Shown here piece after piece: positions 60,000 through 64,000 of a stretch of 64,000 bases of DNA (position 1 is its first letter; each line of letters starts with the position of its first letter). The position numbers were made by a program, and so were the translations under genes. Below the pieces are notes generated by a model. The model saw only the letters and a program-made list of their open reading frames with translations, was not told the DNA's origin and did no database searches. The DNA is from Lingula anatina (lineage: Eukaryota; Animalia; Brachiopoda), in the NCBI GenBank assembly GCA_051362555.1, contig CM120640.1:49702788-49766787 (forward strand). Reading direction: 5' to 3'.

Positions 60000-60640
60000 A
60001 TTATAACATTAGTTTTCATTATATATCGTCATAATGCAGGAAGCCTGTGTTTCAACTGTTCTATGCTCCAATTATAACAGGTGGTCCTAAGGCGGTTTAT
60101 TGCATAAATTGCCTCGTTATTTTGGAATGCAGAATTAGCTTTCATAATCTAAAAAAGTTTTAATGGCTCTTTGTCACCCACACAAAAGTGTTTTTACGCA
60201 TTTTAATGGGGTTTTACCATCATAACATTAGAGTTTTCATTTTTTAAACAGTAAGCCCGCATTTTATCTGTTCCATGCTCCAATTATGAACACAGGTCCT
60301 ACAATCTGTACGGGGCCGTAGCGATAGTCCGAAGGTTCAATAGTCCGAAGGTTCATTGGTCCGAATGTTCACTATAGAACCTTCGGACCAATGAACCCCT
60401 GATTAAAAAATCGATAAAAATGTTACCACTTTTCGGACCAATGAACCTTCGGACCAATGAACCTTCGGACTATCGAGACGCCCCCATCTGTACATTACCT
60501 CGTTATTTGGAATGCAGAATTAGCTTTCATAACCTGAAAATCTAATTTTAAGACATTTTAATGGCTCTTTGTCATCTGAACAAAATGATTTTACACATTT
60601 TATGTCTCTATATACATGATTATCTGTGTCTGTTCATGGT
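60000..60640. repeat. Degenerate ~220-bp tandem duplication; the second unit is interrupted by a MITE
   Basis: ATAACATTAG..TTTTCAT...CTGTTC(T/C)ATGCTCCAATTAT at ~60004 and ~60222. CTCGTTATTT(TT)GGAATGCAGAATTAGCTTTCATAA...TTTTAATGGCTCTTTGTCA at ~60113 and ~60499. Confidence 0.75.
60312..60485 (+). mobile_element. Modular foldback MITE, family B copy 2, 8-bp TSD (Merlin- or MULE/Foldback-like)
   Basis: ATCTGTAC duplicated at 60304-60311 and 60486-60493. GGGG...CCCCC termini. Arms built from 16-bp units ATAGTCCGAAGGTTCA / TTCGGACCAATGAACC in opposite orientations. Confidence 0.88.
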
Positions 60641-62902
60641 TCCCATGCTCTCAGCTGTCACCGCTTGATCGAATAATTAACCTAAACACCATAGAAACGA
60701 CCTAAGAATACATAACTTTTCTACCACACATGAAAAAAATAAATAAATTGGTGAATCGCTTAACAAATATAATTAAATTACCATAAAGGGGCTGTGTGAT
60801 AAATAGAAAACTGGCTATTTAAGGTAACTGGAATTGGTTTTAGGGTGATCCAAAAGCTGTTTATATGAAATCTGAATTCAACAATATATATACAAAAACA
60901 CACCATTGTTTTCTTTTCTATTACGGTATTCTTAAGTTGTTTTCAGGCTTATTAACCGGGCCAAGATGATAGCCGAGCGTGTCCATCCATGCCGTTGCCG
61001 TCCAACACATTTATTCAATGCCACAACTGCCTTTTTTGTTGTTCCAAGTGCAAAAAGGTGTAAAGACAGGTCGAATTTTACAAATCCGTATGATTGCTTA
61101 AATTTCAAATATTTTATCCAATAATTCAATGTTCAAACTTAATGCAATGCCCATCAAACAAGTAGGCCTATATAAGCTTTTATTCAGTACATTGGGCCAT
61201 GTGCATAGGCTGAAACGTTAAAACTGTGGTAATTGTAGGACTACTTTATATTGGTTCAAACACATCCCCCTCCCCCCTCTTTTTTTTTTCTTCTTCGAAG
61301 CAATGTGCACTGCTTCTCAACAGCGACACAATCATCTAGTGTACACCATACATATTTTTCTGAAAAGCTTGTTTAATTTTCTTTATGTAGACTAGGTATT
61401 TATATTATTTCTTAGTAAATTTTCTCGTGGCTAAGGGCTTAATCCCATAAGATACTGCCAGCATTGTTTCAGTTGATAGGAGCTAAACATTGTATTAGTG
61501 CTGATGCATTTATATATTTGTGTATTGATGGTTGATCAGTACTCTGTGAATATAGTTCCATACATTTACTTCAAATTTGTTAACACCAGCCATTGCTGAA
61601 GTAACAACTGCCCCAAAATTCACCAATTTTAAATGTCTTTTGCCATCCATCTTATTCAGTTTTAAATTTTCTGTTTGTGGCATTTTCTGCAATTAATCCT
61701 TCTACACTGTTTAACAAATTTTGTTTATGATCATTTCCTACTTTCATTTATTGAGGGGTGTGTGGTTTCAGATCACTCAAGGCAATTACATTAAATTTTA
61801 TACAATAAATACATAACATGCAAGTTTGTCTAGATTTCACTGTCAGCGACTAGTGGGAGGGTCTCTTACTTTTTATGGTGGAGAGTGCTTAGAAAGTTAG
61901 CATACAATTTGTTTTACTAATAAAAACAGTTTAGGACAGGACCCCTGATGAATTTTACATACTTTTACACAAACAAATTCAGTGATTTAGGCAGAGTTAT
62001 TGTCAATATTAATTTGCAAATTATTTATGAATCAAGGTTAAAATTTATCTTTTGGTCAAAGGTGTAAAGTAAAAGCATACAAAACATGTTACAGCTTTAT
62101 AAACTAAATGCATAGTTCATATTTCAAATGTTACATGTGATGTTCCCCATCTGATTCAATGCATCACATAAACTTATACATAGTGGACATTAGAACAAAT
62201 AATCAATTCAAACATTTTCTTTTACTTGACTCTGCTTTTAATTCAGTGGCTTTCAAAACTACAATAATAAAGGATTTATGTTCATTTTACTGCTAATACA
62301 TTCATTTCAGATACTGAGGCATGGCCAATTTCAGTAATATGGTGCTGATCAATCACAACTTACATTATTTTGAAATCAAACCTCCAGTTTTAACCATAAC
62401 ATTTTCAAGTTTCACCCTTCCCTCGTCCTGTGTAATTACCAATGACACAAAAAGGCAACAGGACAACTGCTTAATAAAATTTAATAATACATGTATAATT
62501 AAAAGTTACAAAATTTCAAAGAAATTGATCTTAAAGATTTGCACAGCACATTTTCACAGACCATATAAGTTCTATATCCACTTGAAGCATGTGTCCCAGC
62601 TGATCTCCACCCTAAAAAAATATAAGCACTCATTAAATAAGGGCACCAATCAACTTTTCAGTGTAGCAGAGCATACTCTAGTCATGTTCCATCTTTCATT
62701 CTATGAAAAAAAAATCAACACACTGTTCTTAAGTTCAAGCCTTTCCTTCAAATTCTTTCAAGGGACAAAGTTCTACAGATAGTAATGAAACAATTTCAGC
62801 AAATGCTGGCTATCTATGCCATCTTCTATGATGCATCATTTAAATCATTTGTATTAAAATATTCTTTAAGCTTACCAAAGTCTGTCCCACCTATCAAGCA
62901 GT

Positions 62903-64000
62903 TCACTTGCTTTTCCGACTTGATCTCTTACCATCTGTTGACTCCTCATCACTTTCAGACCTCGACTGCTGCTTATCCTTGCGTGATTTCTTACTACTTC
63001 TTTCCTTGCCTTCACTGTGTTTATTTTTCTTTTTCTTTTTGTGTCTCTGAGGGGAATCATCATAGCCTGGACTCTCATTGGAGTCTGACACTGATTTTGT
63101 ATGCCTTCTTGGCTTTTTGTCTTTTGAACTACTGTCTCTGTTGTAATATTTCTCCTTATGGTGTTTGTCTCTGTCATATGAATGCCGTCTGTCTCTACTT
63201 GAATCCCTACGTCTCTTTTTCTCCCTACTTCCACTTCTGTCTCTGTCCCTAGGCCTTCTATCCCTACTTCTACTCCTTTCCCTTTCTTTGCTCTTGTGTC
63301 TTTCCCTACTACCTTTTCTGTCAGATTTATACCTATCCCTTTCTCTTTCAGGATACTTTTTTCTGTCCCTATCTCTTTCTTTCTCTCTGTCCCTGTCTCG
63401 ATATTTTTTGTCTATGTCTTCTTTATGTCTGTCCCTGTCCTTGTCTTTTCCACCATCCCTTCTTTTGCCTTTGTCTCTAACCTTATGTTCATCCCCATCT
63501 ATATTCCTTTCCCTGCTACCTCTTCTATCCCTACTTTCACTTCTTGACTGGTGACTTTGACGAGACCTTTTCCTATCCTTAAGTTTCTGTTGTGTACTCG
63601 ATCTACTACTACTACTACTAGAATCAGAACTTTCCCCACTGCTATCAGAGCTATCAGACGAACTATCAGATGAAGATGAACTTTCTGAGTGTTTCCTTTT
63701 CTTCTCCATTACTTCGTCTTTTAGCCTAGAACTTTTTATTTGAGAGCCATCAACTTTTTCCCTAGAAAAATGCCTATTATGGGATTTACTCCTGTCTTTC
63801 TGCTCTTCAGTGGTTTTCTCCTCATCCTTGACATCAAGACCTGGGATGTTACTGTATCTGTTTTCAAATGGACGCAGTGCAGGAGCCAGAACTTCTGGTG
63901 GAGGAACATTTCCATGCTCTGTACTATCTCCTTTGGCTAAAAAGGCATTAAGAATATACAAGTCATCAATGTCTGTTAAATTTTTTTCCTCAAAATTCCA
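62903..64000 (-). CDS. 3' terminal exon of an unidentified Ser- and RS/RD/K-rich (nuclear/splicing-type) protein, truncated by the window edge
   Basis: Open from the window end (WNFEEKNLTDIDDLYILNAFLAKGD...GNVPPPEVLAPALRPFENRYSNIPGLD) through a poly-Ser block and RD/RE/RS repeats to a stop at 62903, with a long AT-rich UTR-like region below. Confidence 0.75.
   Translation of the reverse strand, partial: WNFEEKNLTDIDDLYILNAFLAKGDSTEHGNVPPPEVLAPALRPFENRYSNIPGLDVKDEEKTTEEQKDRSKSHNRHFSREKVDGSQIKSSRLKDEVMEKKRKHSESSSSSDSSSDSSDSSGESSDSSSSSSRSSTQQKLKDRKRSRQSHQSRSESRDRRGSRERNIDGDEHKVRDKGKRRDGGKDKDRDRHKEDIDKKYRDRDREKERDRDRKKYPERERDRYKSDRKGSRERHKSKERERSRSRDRRPRDRDRSGSREKKRRRDSSRDRRHSYDRDKHHKEKYYNRDSSSKDKKPRRHTKSVSDSNESPGYDDSPQRHKKKKKNKHSEGKERSSKKSRKDKQQSRSESDEESTDGKRSSRKSK

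Noticed and set aside
60325-60475. Short regularly repeated units resembling a CRISPR-like array
   Set aside because: Eukaryotic context, no unique spacers, and the units form inverted arms bounded by an 8-bp TSD, i.e. a MITE.
62321-63554. Long plus-strand ORFs (153, 155 and 129 aa, Leu/Ser/Phe-rich)
   Set aside because: Antisense to the RS-rich exon and its UTR, with no domain features or splice support.

Overview
AT-rich, intron-rich animal genomic DNA, probably a lophotrochozoan such as a mollusc (inferred from gene content, not proven). All exon structures below were assembled by eye from GT-AG sites and reading frame. In order along the window: (1) a p120/delta-catenin gene (+, 2661-14887, ends in the DSWV PDZ ligand); (2) a ~2390-aa type I membrane receptor with 19 SRCR domains built as an (A-B-C)x6+1 super-repeat (+, 17764-36013), with a decayed DD34E Tc1 element and MITEs in its introns; (3) nested MITEs in front of selenoprotein H (+, 38889-39829, in-frame TGA in a CKSU motif, SECIS in a separate 3'UTR exon); (4) a frameshifted PML/Plex9-like DEDDh exonuclease relic; (5) TFG (+); (6) a young 550-bp MITE with 110-bp TIRs; (7) FAAP100 (-); (8) an Hsp70 C-terminal relic; (9) two tandem intact cGAS-like receptor (cGLR, Mab-21 family) genes (-); and (10) the 3' end of an unidentified RS/RD-rich protein gene (-). 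The best candidate for a new system is the cGLR pair. Both keep the catalytic acids and lack the Zn thumb. They share a long Pro-rich insert, carry Ala or Ile at the cGAS R376 linkage-specificity position, have near-identical C-terminal halves but divergent N-terminal halves, and have NF-kB-type sites upstream.
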